A stretch of 64,000 nucleotides of DNA from Tortispora ganteri (Eukaryota). Both the position numbers and the translations under genes were made by a program. Shown piece after piece: positions 54,778 to 64,000 of the stretch; the stretch's first letter is position 1, and each line of letters starts with the position of its first letter. The notes under the pieces were generated by a model. It was not told where the DNA came from, ran no database searches, and saw nothing but the letters and a program-made list of their open reading frames with translations. Where the stretch lies: the NCBI GenBank assembly GCA_003707115.1, contig PPNB01000024.1:62001-126000 (forward strand), written 5' to 3'.

Positions 54778-56952
54778 TTATTGCTGAGTTCGACTTTTAG
54801 TTGTTTTGACATTAACAACGAACTGTTGTAATTTTGTAGGATCTTTGTAGCCATCTACGCCTTCAACGCCGGAAGAGACGTCAATAATAGCCGGATTCAG
54901 ATGTAAACAATCATTCACATTATCCGGTGTGAGTCCGCCTGCTAATGCGAAAGGTGTATCCAGCGGGATACAGGAAACATCAGTTTTAGTTCCGGTGCCT
55001 CCAGCTTCGCTATCATATAGTATGACGTTGTGGTATCCGGGAATCATGCTCTGCGGGTCTCCAGGTGTGAATCTATGGATAGTGGGGACGCTGCAAAATC
55101 TCGCGTAGTCTACGGGCTCCGAGCCATGTAACTGAATCATGTCGAACCCGCATTCCTCTGCGATTTTGCATATTTCCAACAGAGGTTGGTTCCTGAACAC
55201 TCCGACCACTATAGGCCTCAAAGAGGCTTTGCGTCTGATTTCATCAATGTTGAATGAGAACCAGTCTTTGGGATACTGAGGGGACGGAATGAACTCCTTC
55301 TTTTTTTGTTCGAAAGATTTAACAGCACGGACTATGTCTGCAGCATCGTTGATCGAGACAGTGCGCTTGCTGTTTGGGACCATGATAACTCCTATAAGAT
55401 CTGCACCGGCTTCTACAGCCAATCTTGCATCGCTAACGGTTCTTACGCCACATATTTTGACAAGCGGAGCATATTGTATTTGCTTTTGTAACGCATCCAC
55501 ACCCAGCAGTTCTGCAATAAACGTGTTAACGGAACTGGATCGCATAAGGCTCTCGCCGACAAGGATACCTCTAACGCCGTCTGCCTCATACTTAGCGACA
55601 CTTTCCCTATCTGATATTCCACTAAGCGCGCAAAGGATTACACTGTCAGGCACCATACTCGACAGTGCAGAGGTTGTGTTCATGTCGACTTTGAAGGAAT
55701 GGAGGTCTCGATTATTAACGCCGATAACCTTTGAACCAATCTGAAGGGCAACTTGCATTTCTTCTACAGAACTAACCTCGACCAGTGGTTCCATTTGCAG
55801 TGATTTCGCAAATGCGTAGAGATCTTGAAGCTCTATTAAGGAAAGCATTTTAACAATAAGAAGGACAGAATCGGCACCGTACGCACGGGCCTCGAGGATT
55901 TGGTAGCGAGAGAGTATAAAGTCTTTTCTGAGAATTGCAGGCCGATTAGGGATTGCGTATACCGCAGCTCTGGCAGCACGCATGTCTTCTAAAGAGCCCT
56001 TGAACCAGTGCGGTTCTGTGAGAATAGATATAGCAGAGGCGCCCGCGAGGGCATAAGTTCTGGCTTGAAGAGCGGAGTTTGCGTTTGGATCTATGGGACC
56101 TTTTGAGGGAGAAGCACGCTTTATCTCTGCAAGCAGCGCGACATTTGCAGAGGGAAGTTTGGACTGGAGACGCGCATAGAAGTCTATAACCGGTGGTGCG
56201 AGTCCGAGGTCCAACATGTTTTGGTAGTCTTGGAATCTGTGCCCTGGGAGCTGCTGGCGTGCTTCGACATCCTTCCTGGTGCGCAAAAATATTTTGTCAA
56301 GGATACTTTCGGAGGCTGTAGGTATGACCGGTATAGAGGGCTTTGAGGCATCCCATGTGCCACCAGTGAGGTTTAAGAAATTTCTAAACATCATGTGTCC
56401 CTCTTCTGTGAGGATACTTTCAGGATGGAACTGTACACCTTCTACAGTGAGTTTTTTGTGTCTGACGCCCATGATTACGCCAGAATCGGTTCTTGCTGTG
56501 ACTTCAAGGACATCAGGAACTGTATCTCCAGTAGCAGCTAGCGAGTGGTACCTTGTAGCGGCGATACGTTGAGGGATACCAGCAAAGATGTGTTTGCCGT
56601 CGTGTAGGATCGGCGATGTTTTGCCATGAACAATTTCGCCGGCAAATTTGATGTCGCCACCGAAATGAAGGAATATGCACTGCTCCCCTAGACAGACACC
56701 AAAGATGGGGATCTTGCCGGCAAATGCACGCAAAGCATCCAAGGAGACACCGGAATCAGTAAGTGGATGGCCCGGTCCAGGTGATATGACTAGATGAGTG
56801 GGTTCAAGTGCCTGTATCTCTGCGACGGTGACTTTGTCATTTCTGAATACCGTGACGGCAGCGCCTTCATGCACTAGGTATTGGTATACGTTCCAGGTGA
56901 ATGAGTCATAATTGTCGATGAGCACAACGTTGAGGGGAGAATGACGTATCAT
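54778..56952 (-). CDS. trpC: Trifunctional tryptophan enzyme: glutamine amidotransferase (TrpG), IGP synthase (TrpC) and PRA isomerase (TrpF)
   Basis: [15 protein letters not shown] and [22 protein letters not shown] and GVNNRDL; VKICG, QLHG, LAGGL and DVSSGVE. First ATG at 56952. Confidence 0.95.
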   Translation of the reverse strand: MIRHSPLNVVLIDNYDSFTWNVYQYLVHEGAAVTVFRNDKVTVAEIQALEPTHLVISPGPGHPLTDSGVSLDALRAFAGKIPIFGVCLGEQCIFLHFGGDIKFAGEIVHGKTSPILHDGKHIFAGIPQRIAATRYHSLAATGDTVPDVLEVTARTDSGVIMGVRHKKLTVEGVQFHPESILTEEGHMMFRNFLNLTGGTWDASKPSIPVIPTASESILDKIFLRTRKDVEARQQLPGHRFQDYQNMLDLGLAPPVIDFYARLQSKLPSANVALLAEIKRASPSKGPIDPNANSALQARTYALAGASAISILTEPHWFKGSLEDMRAARAAVYAIPNRPAILRKDFILSRYQILEARAYGADSVLLIVKMLSLIELQDLYAFAKSLQMEPLVEVSSVEEMQVALQIGSKVIGVNNRDLHSFKVDMNTTSALSSMVPDSVILCALSGISDRESVAKYEADGVRGILVGESLMRSSSVNTFIAELLGVDALQKQIQYAPLVKICGVRTVSDARLAVEAGADLIGVIMVPNSKRTVSINDAADIVRAVKSFEQKKKEFIPSPQYPKDWFSFNIDEIRRKASLRPIVVGVFRNQPLLEICKIAEECGFDMIQLHGSEPVDYARFCSVPTIHRFTPGDPQSMIPGYHNVILYDSEAGGTGTKTDVSCIPLDTPFALAGGLTPDNVNDCLHLNPAIIDVSSGVEGVDGYKDPTKLQQFVVNVKTTKSRTQQ

Positions 56953-57524
56953 GTCTATTTTTTTATCGAACAAACCAATTAGCAAGCTCAGAAAAGTCGA
57001 CAAAAAATTAAAGAAAGAAACAGCGTGTGGCCGCTAGAGTGCGCACAGTCGAAAAATCGGCGGGAAAATATGTCTCAGGATATACCCAAGGTCTGCCTAA
57101 GTGTTGTGATGTGTGTTCTGAGAATAGATGTAATGCCGGGTAACTTACTGGGAGAACCTGCATAGACTTGACTAGTCGTTCCGACGTTCCCCGCAAATCA
57201 GGACATGTGCCATAGTTCCCTCGATAAAGTCCGGATTCCTCCCAAAGCACCACTTACCACCATTTCTGGCAAACACCATCACCACCAATAACGTCGTTCC
57301 GATTAGCCTGTGTTTTCCTATATTGCAACGCATCTGCTTTTGTGCTCACTGACAACACACTGTATCTCTTACTGTGCAGAATATATTTATTTACATTGCC
57401 GAACACTTGACATTGTGTGCACGCGCGTCGTGGCCGTTTTCTCTGTCACCTGACCATCTCCTCCTTACGATCGACCCTGTAGCCTCTTTCAGTAGTATCC
57501 ACTCACTACTTGGAACAATCTGCC

Positions 57525-60500
57525 ATGACTGTGGACAGTTTGCTTACCAATGACACATTTGACGATGATGGCGTCTCTAACTCCGACCTAGATTGGATCT
57601 CGCCATCGGACTCCGACACTCTTGCCAGTCATCTTGCATCAGGCCTGTCTATCCAGGTCCCTGCCAAACGTTCGCCCCACGCTCAAGACCTCTCCAATTC
57701 AACACTCGAACGCTCTGAATCTAAGGATGATCCCATCTCAAGATCACGGCGTGCCGCCTCATGCAGCTCCTCCTCACTTGCATCGGCCCCAATCCCCGAA
57801 GATCACACCTTGTCACGCACCACTAGTGCCACCAGCCCTCCTCCACGCTGCTCAGAGTTTGACGTGCCCCTGCGACACGTTATCAGTAATGCACCCTCAG
57901 CTGTAGAATATTCCCGGGAACGCTACCATCAGACCGGCCGTACAGGTGCCTCCTGGTTTCGATCTTTCGTCTCCAAACTCAAGAGCGAAAAGGCACCGCA
58001 TCATGACCCTTCTAAAGACGAGCTGACTCCTTCTCACACCGCCAATTCTGGCTCTAGTACTAGCTCTCTCTCTTCTAAATTATACGAGACCGCTAACGGA
58101 TCTGGAGACCTTAATGCCTCCTTCTCCGGAACCGCTGCTAGAAACATCGCGCTTGCTTCCCCTGAAGCACACCCAGATTCCGTCCCTGGCACATCCTACG
58201 CCTCATTTCAAGGCTCGTTTAATGGTATAAGCTCTTTTCCACTGTCGAGTTCGCCCTCAGTTGTCTCCACATCCCCGAGCTCGCCTGGTTCGTTCATATC
58301 CAGGTTTCGCCGATCACCCTCTATTGCACAGAGAAGTGCTCCCCAGCTCGTAGATGACGGCTCGCCAAAACATATGGTGTTGAATAAAAACAACCATCGC
58401 AAACAAATGAATTTTGACGGCCTTGAACCTTCAAAATTACGCCGCGTGGCATTCCGCTTAGATTTATGCGAATCAGAACCGCCCCAGCAGCTGCCTTCGA
58501 GAAGAAGTGCTAATTCTAACAAGACTAATGCATCTAAAAAGATCACCCCGCCGCCAACTACTGCTATTAAGAAACCTAAACCTGATTGCGCTCCAGAAGA
58601 AGACAAAATCAACGCTAAAACAAAAGCGCTGGTCATCGACAAGCCTATGACAAAAAGCTCATCCTCTAAAGACTTGGCCGATGCAATGAAATCTCAACTC
58701 ACTGATAAGGGTACATCTTCTTCTGCAACGGCAAGTGATCCTTCTATGAAGACAACAAAAAGAGTCAAAGCTCCGATATACAGATTTGAGCCTGACGAAG
58801 AAGGTAATTTAGACTTGGGCCTCGTATACACCCGATGCTGTCATCTGCGTGAAATCATGCCGATTTCCTCTACATTAAGACAAATTGCTGGCCATCACAT
58901 CAGTTTGTCTTCACTAAAACTCTATAACCGTCGGCCCACCAAGATTGAGATCCTCGCTCTTGCCGACTTCATCGCTATTACGCCTATCACTACCGTGATT
59001 CTTGACAACAGCACACTAACTGAGGAGATGACAAGAATATTGTTTTCCTCATTACTGCATTCTTCAAAGCTAGAGAAGCTATCCATGCGTGAAATGGTTA
59101 TGGAAGATGGCGCTTGGGATCTCCTGTGCTACCTTCTTGCTATTAATCCTCATATTCGCAAGCTTGATGTATCATACAACGAGAATCTCACGTTGAGTGA
59201 AAAAGCAGTGCAAGCGCTTGATGATTTTAATGGTTTAGAAGAACTGATTGTCTCTCATAGCCGCATTTCTGGTGATAGATTCAAGAAAGTGTTTACATGT
59301 TTTGTGAAATCACAAACTAAACGCATAGGTCTCGGTTATAATGACATATCTCTTGAAGATATAAATATGTTTGTTGACAGGATGGAACGTGGGCTGTTGG
59401 GTTGTGATGGGCTTGATTTAAGTGGAAACCAGCTTGGCTACGATATAGAACCTTTACTTAATGTTTTGCGAAATGATAATAATATAAGATCACTTGTGTT
59501 ATGCAACGTTGATTTCCCGCGGACTCTCATTGGCAGCTTGGTTAATTCATTGTGTACTATGGAAGGCTTGAAGTTTTTGGACGTCTCATACAACCCTGAC
59601 TTGCGCCAATCGGCCATTCGAGAACTGATGGGCAAGCTGCACCTGATCCCGAGTTTGCGCCGAGTGCATCTGAATGGTTTGCAACTCGGGACGTCCGAGC
59701 TGATTTTGTTAGCAGAAGAACTGCGAAAATGCAAGAACTTATTGCATGTTGAACTTAAAGGAATTCCGAAGATTGAAAGGTCTGCGGCCTTAGCTCTTAT
59801 TGAGGCAGTTCAGCTTTCTGGAAGGATATATGCATTGAATTTTGACAATGGTGCAGTTGAAGAGTCGCTGAAAAGGATTCTCACGCACTATTGCATGCTT
59901 AATATGGAAGGATATATAGTCCCCTCAGATAAATCTCTAGAAGTTTCATTTGAGAAAGACGATTTGGCTTCTGGTTACGCTATTGCTGAAGTGGTTGGTG
60001 TTTACCAGAAGAATGGCGAAGGAACTGATAAAGACAACTCTAAAGATTCGTCTGCGGATTCTATGACTGTCCAGAAGAGTCTCATTAATAAAGCAAAACT
60101 GATGCAGAACGGGATTCAGAAACGGTTTGCGGATTTGTGTGATCGTTATACCTGCGATTCTTCAAAACTAAGTGTTCATGAATTTGAACAAATGATCCGC
60201 TACAAGTTTCTCGATATAGAGCTGTCTAATGTCCTTAAAGACTCTGGAGTGAAATCGAGCACCAGCTGCGCTCCTGCATCCTTCCCTAATCTTACTGTGC
60301 TACCGCCTGCATCTCAGTCTCAGGAAGAACTTCCTACAGCATTTATGAATCAAGACCTAGCTGAAGACAGTACTCACGCTTCGAGCGGCGCGGAGTCGAC
60401 GAATGATGACGTATTCGGTGAACCTGCGGCATATGATTTTGACGTCCCACTTTTGAAACCAGGAACTATTTCTTCAAGGTCTTCGGAGACGTCGTTATAT

Positions 60501-60815
60501 GCTAAAGCGCAAGAACAAGAAGAAGGAGAACTTCACAAGTTGATTCTCCATATGGGCCGTCTTGTTAGCGAAAGTAGTGCGTCCGAGCAGGAACGCATCA
60601 AGCATGAATCTTCTGGCGTATCTGGAGAAAAATTGCGCAGTCTTGTTTTGGCTGTGGGTACTGATGAAGTTCGCGACATGTTTGCTAAAATAAGAGAGCA
60701 AAACTCTGATAAGTCAGCGTCTGAAGTGTTAGAAAAGCTCATGGAATCTATTCGTACACGAATTCAATGGGAAAACAATATTTCTAACGACGACGAATTG
60801 CAGGATAGCTCTTAG
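57525..60815 (+). CDS. MHP1: Mhp1-like LRR protein (PP1 interactor)
   Basis: RRVAF (RVxF), YTRCCHLREIMPI, RNI-like LRRs and QEQEEGELHK. First ATG at 57525. Confidence 0.75.
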   Translation: MTVDSLLTNDTFDDDGVSNSDLDWISPSDSDTLASHLASGLSIQVPAKRSPHAQDLSNSTLERSESKDDPISRSRRAASCSSSSLASAPIPEDHTLSRTTSATSPPPRCSEFDVPLRHVISNAPSAVEYSRERYHQTGRTGASWFRSFVSKLKSEKAPHHDPSKDELTPSHTANSGSSTSSLSSKLYETANGSGDLNASFSGTAARNIALASPEAHPDSVPGTSYASFQGSFNGISSFPLSSSPSVVSTSPSSPGSFISRFRRSPSIAQRSAPQLVDDGSPKHMVLNKNNHRKQMNFDGLEPSKLRRVAFRLDLCESEPPQQLPSRRSANSNKTNASKKITPPPTTAIKKPKPDCAPEEDKINAKTKALVIDKPMTKSSSSKDLADAMKSQLTDKGTSSSATASDPSMKTTKRVKAPIYRFEPDEEGNLDLGLVYTRCCHLREIMPISSTLRQIAGHHISLSSLKLYNRRPTKIEILALADFIAITPITTVILDNSTLTEEMTRILFSSLLHSSKLEKLSMREMVMEDGAWDLLCYLLAINPHIRKLDVSYNENLTLSEKAVQALDDFNGLEELIVSHSRISGDRFKKVFTCFVKSQTKRIGLGYNDISLEDINMFVDRMERGLLGCDGLDLSGNQLGYDIEPLLNVLRNDNNIRSLVLCNVDFPRTLIGSLVNSLCTMEGLKFLDVSYNPDLRQSAIRELMGKLHLIPSLRRVHLNGLQLGTSELILLAEELRKCKNLLHVELKGIPKIERSAALALIEAVQLSGRIYALNFDNGAVEESLKRILTHYCMLNMEGYIVPSDKSLEVSFEKDDLASGYAIAEVVGVYQKNGEGTDKDNSKDSSADSMTVQKSLINKAKLMQNGIQKRFADLCDRYTCDSSKLSVHEFEQMIRYKFLDIELSNVLKDSGVKSSTSCAPASFPNLTVLPPASQSQEELPTAFMNQDLAEDSTHASSGAESTNDDVFGEPAAYDFDVPLLKPGTISSRSSETSLYAKAQEQEEGELHKLILHMGRLVSESSASEQERIKHESSGVSGEKLRSLVLAVGTDEVRDMFAKIREQNSDKSASEVLEKLMESIRTRIQWENNISNDDELQDSS

Positions 60816-61379
60816 TTGAAGTGTCGTTTTATTGATTCTGGTACTATTGTTTATGATTTATGGGATTGCTAATATAACAGTGTCTTAAGAGAAAAGCACT
60901 TGAAGAAAGTTTGCTTAATTCTTGAAGCGCAACAATTATTCTTGTATAAGTATTTCAGCTATTTCTATAGCTGCAATACATATTTACTCATTAGAGTGTT
61001 ATTGTATAATTTTTATTCTTGCATGATTATATGCATGACAATCAAGTTTATATACACTTAAGCCGCTGTCAATGATTCAATATAATCCTAACCCGTTATT
61101 AAACAATTGCATTTTAAAACTTAAATCAAATTCTATATTATTTAAGAAGTGTATTAAGAATTATTGTTGTAAAGTCGTAACTTTATTAAAGAAAAATTAC
61201 TACATCAGCCGCAATTGCTATTTTTAGCCTCAAGAAGATAAGCTTATAATTAAAGTTTAAACTTTAGAATCCTCAGCACCCTTAAGAACTGCCACTTAGA
61301 CTAATGACACCACAGACTCGTAGTTCGATCAGAACAAACTATTCAGTACTGAAAACTTGTATATAGAGGTATAGAGAAT

Positions 61380-63290
61380 ATGAGCACATTTTTGAGAAAG
61401 AATGTATCTGTGCGCATGCTTACAGTACCAACAATCATCGTAATCATATTCCTGAGTGTATCGACAGTTTTCTTTTACAAAGATAACGCCAGCAGCACGT
61501 TCGATAACAGTAATATGTATTCTCACAAATCAGCAGCTGATGCAGGATATGCGAATTTATCACCGTCAACAGATTCTTTGGCAGAGTTCGATGCACTTGT
61601 CGAGTATTTATTGGCGCACCCGAAAGCAGTACCTAAAGATCCAATAATTCAGCAGTATCTCAAATACAGGAAAATAGCGCAACAGTCACCGCTGCGTGGA
61701 CCAAATCAGTACCCGTCGCTCAAGGAACTCGTTTTGCATTACAAAAAGACTCGAGGTCGCAACCCGCCGCCACTATTCGATGTATGGTATGACTTCGCTG
61801 TTTCGCGATCATGTTCTGACTTTTACAGCTTCGATCGCCTCTACAAGGACCTCGAACCTTTCTGGGCACTCTCTCCACGAGAGATACGCAGACGAGTCAG
61901 GTTCCTATGGGATGATCCATCCACAAATATCATGCTCGTCAGAAACGGTAAGACGTTCTCCGACACCGGCCACGACGCTCGCATTGAGAGTGTAGAAGAA
62001 ATGATGAATACCTTCTCGCAGTACCTACCCGATATGGAATTGCCAATGAATATCCATGATGAGCCGCGTATTGTCGTTCCATACGATATATTGCAAAAGC
62101 AAATCGAGTACGCGCGCGGTAACGCCTCGTTAGACACCCCGCTGTTCTCGCAATTCCCGCCTAGTTTGTCGGTGGAGCACGACCCACTGATTTTCAATGA
62201 CAAATTCGTGGAACGTGGTGCCACGCCGTTTTACGATGGCATGGAGCAGTACTGTCCTCACGACTCGATGCTCAATCGTGTAGTAGATTTGGGTGAGGAC
62301 TATGACAGTATAGTGCACGAGGCCGACCAGATGTTCTTTCCCGATCACGTACTCACAGACATAGAAATGTCAAAAGACCTCTGTGTCTCTGGGCCTGGTC
62401 TACGCGACAACCATTGCTACCTCATTCGCCCGCTGCTACGCAAAGAAAGCAACCAATTACTTCCGATGTTCTCGGACACAAAAACAAGCCTCAATAACGA
62501 TATCTTGATCCCGGCGTCCACGTACTACCGCTCAAATGCCGAGTACGGATACGACACCTGGAACGATATTGCGTGGCAAAAGAAGAAAGATGTTATGTTC
62601 TGGCGCGGCAAAACTACAGGTGGATATATCCGTCCAGAGAATATGGACATGATGCAACGGCACAGACTGGTTTACCTGTTTAACACATCGGTTATTGATA
62701 AACCCAACCACATTAACAAAATGAGCTCACCTATACTGTGTCAAGCAGATAAAAACTCAAACACTTTGGTAGATTGTGAGGTCGATATCCGAGACTTTTT
62801 GGACGAGCATTCGGATGTGTCGTTTGATTCGTTCGAATGGTGTAACGAATTCTGTGACATGTTGTACGATATATTTTTGTTGAACCCACGACTGCCACCT
62901 AGTGCACAATTTGAGCACAAGTACCTTATGGATGTTGACGGAAACTCTTTCTCTGGTCGGTTCCTCGGTTTCTTGAAAAGCAACTCGCTGCCGTTCAAAG
63001 CTACAATCTTTTTAGAATGGCACGACTCGCGGCTTGTCCCCTGGGTTCATTACATACCGGTAGACTGTCGGCTAACTGACCTGCATAAGTTGCTGGCATA
63101 TTTTATCGGTTTTGAAAACGTATTACCAAGTCATCAAGGTATGGCGCAAAGAATAGCGCTCGATGGCCGTGATTTCGCCAAAAGCACTTTGAGACGCGAA
63201 GACATGGAAATCTACTTCTTCCTTTTGATGCTCGAGTACGCTAGATTACTGTCTGACAATCGAAACGAACTCGGGTTTACGTTGGACTAA
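61380..63290 (+). CDS. Glycosyltransferase family 90 (CAP10/Cxt1-like, putative xylosyltransferase), type II membrane protein
   Basis: N-terminal TM. Motifs RGRNPPPLFDVWYDFA, PDMELPMNIHDEPR, FWRGKTTGG, KYLMDVDGNSFSGRF, EWHDSRLVPWVHYIP and LMLEYARL. Confidence 0.9.
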   Translation: MSTFLRKNVSVRMLTVPTIIVIIFLSVSTVFFYKDNASSTFDNSNMYSHKSAADAGYANLSPSTDSLAEFDALVEYLLAHPKAVPKDPIIQQYLKYRKIAQQSPLRGPNQYPSLKELVLHYKKTRGRNPPPLFDVWYDFAVSRSCSDFYSFDRLYKDLEPFWALSPREIRRRVRFLWDDPSTNIMLVRNGKTFSDTGHDARIESVEEMMNTFSQYLPDMELPMNIHDEPRIVVPYDILQKQIEYARGNASLDTPLFSQFPPSLSVEHDPLIFNDKFVERGATPFYDGMEQYCPHDSMLNRVVDLGEDYDSIVHEADQMFFPDHVLTDIEMSKDLCVSGPGLRDNHCYLIRPLLRKESNQLLPMFSDTKTSLNNDILIPASTYYRSNAEYGYDTWNDIAWQKKKDVMFWRGKTTGGYIRPENMDMMQRHRLVYLFNTSVIDKPNHINKMSSPILCQADKNSNTLVDCEVDIRDFLDEHSDVSFDSFEWCNEFCDMLYDIFLLNPRLPPSAQFEHKYLMDVDGNSFSGRFLGFLKSNSLPFKATIFLEWHDSRLVPWVHYIPVDCRLTDLHKLLAYFIGFENVLPSHQGMAQRIALDGRDFAKSTLRREDMEIYFFLLMLEYARLLSDNRNELGFTLD

Positions 63291-63610
63291 CTGAAGATCT
63301 TTATCACATTACAGATCTGTAAAAATCGCAACAGTCATCAATCTATCCTCGACTGCAAACTTAAACTCAATATTCGAACTATAACGCCGGAGGGGCTACA
63401 TCCGCACTTCAAAGGAGCCATATGGCTGCACTGAGACTAATAGAGCTTATCATTATGACGTATCTGATACAGTAAACGGGGTAAACTGTTAAAGAGGTTA
63501 ACCGAGAAAATAATAACTTTACAGCACATTGTCGTTGATTAAGGCGTTGACGAGTCTGTAACATAGTGTGTAAATGGAAACCCTGGTTGTTGGCATAGCA
63601 ACATCCCTAT

Positions 63611-63618
63611 TGTGACTG
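63611..63618 (+). promoter_or_regulatory. HomolD box (TGTGACTG, the reverse complement of CAGTCACA) in the RPL5 promoter
   Basis: Exact match about 85 nt upstream of the RPL5 ATG. This is a known ribosomal-protein promoter element in fission yeast and other ascomycetes. Confidence 0.7.
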
Positions 63619-63699
63619 TACTTTTTTTTCAACCAGCAAGGGCACGCAACCACACACTCCCAAATCAATTTCGAGGACTAAGACCTACCACTTACCGCA

Positions 63700-64000
63700 A
63701 TGCCATTTGAACGTGTAATTAAGACCCCTGCTTATCACAGCCGTTTCCAGACTCCTTTCCGTCGTAGACGTGAAGGTAAGACTGACTACTATGCTCGCAA
63801 GCGCCTGATCGCCCAGGCCAAGAACAAATACAACAGCCCCAAATACAGACTTGTTGTTCGATTCACCAACCGCGATATCATTGCTCAAATTGTCAGTGCT
63901 CATTTGAACGGTGACCGTGTTGTCTGCGCTGCTTACTCTCACGAATTGCCCCGATATGGTATCAAGCACGGTCTCACTAACTGGTCTGCTGCCTATGCCA
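63700..64000 (+). CDS. RPL5: 60S ribosomal protein L5 (uL18), 5' part; runs off the window
   Basis: [57 protein letters not shown]...[11 protein letters not shown]. Missing from the ORF track. Confidence 0.97.
   Translation, partial: MPFERVIKTPAYHSRFQTPFRRRREGKTDYYARKRLIAQAKNKYNSPKYRLVVRFTNRDIIAQIVSAHLNGDRVVCAAYSHELPRYGIKHGLTNWSAAYA

Noticed and set aside
63385..63470. GC-richer patch with CTTCAAA and the palindrome AGCCATATGGCT (considered tRNA-Sec or another ncRNA)
   Set aside because: No cloverleaf, T-loop or A/B boxes could be built. An Infernal scan would be needed to exclude other RNAs.
63685..63969. 94-aa minus-strand ORF in the track
   Set aside because: It is the antisense shadow of RPL5.
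1..64000. Alternative yeast genetic code (CUG-Ser/Ala)
   Set aside because: CTG sits at conserved Leu positions (ECI1 AALNGP and terminal HKL, URM1 STLHGG, MUS81 GDALW), so the standard code applies.

Overview
Eukaryotic, very gene-dense, intron-poor fungal DNA from an ascomycete yeast. It uses the standard genetic code: CTG reads as Leu at conserved sites in ECI1, URM1 and MUS81. About 35 protein-coding genes are supported, nearly all housekeeping: KEX1, a MetR/Cys-3-type bZIP, MED18, endosulfine, PTC5, URM1, SIW14, MES1, LTO1, RIM20, AVT2, HCM1-like forkhead, ECI1, COG1, TOS1, DNAJC7, BUD31, MUS81, SSF1, MLP1/TPR, a trifunctional TrpG-C-F enzyme, MHP1, a GT90/CAP10 glycosyltransferase and a partial RPL5. 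The gene content (fused TrpG-C-F, RUS1, DNAJC7, GT90, Egt2-like lyase, HomolD box) suggests an early-diverging yeast lineage; this is inference. I found no tRNA, rRNA, transposon or CRISPR feature. Two things stand out that the ORF track misses. (1) A three-exon AIM19-like gene whose start codon shares one CATG palindrome with the ATG of an opposite-strand gene, and whose intron 1 holds an antisense ORF that may be that gene's real N-terminus. (2) A 446-nt intron in the sulfur-regulator bZIP gene with many long-range, partly competing base-pairings, a candidate regulatory RNA element.
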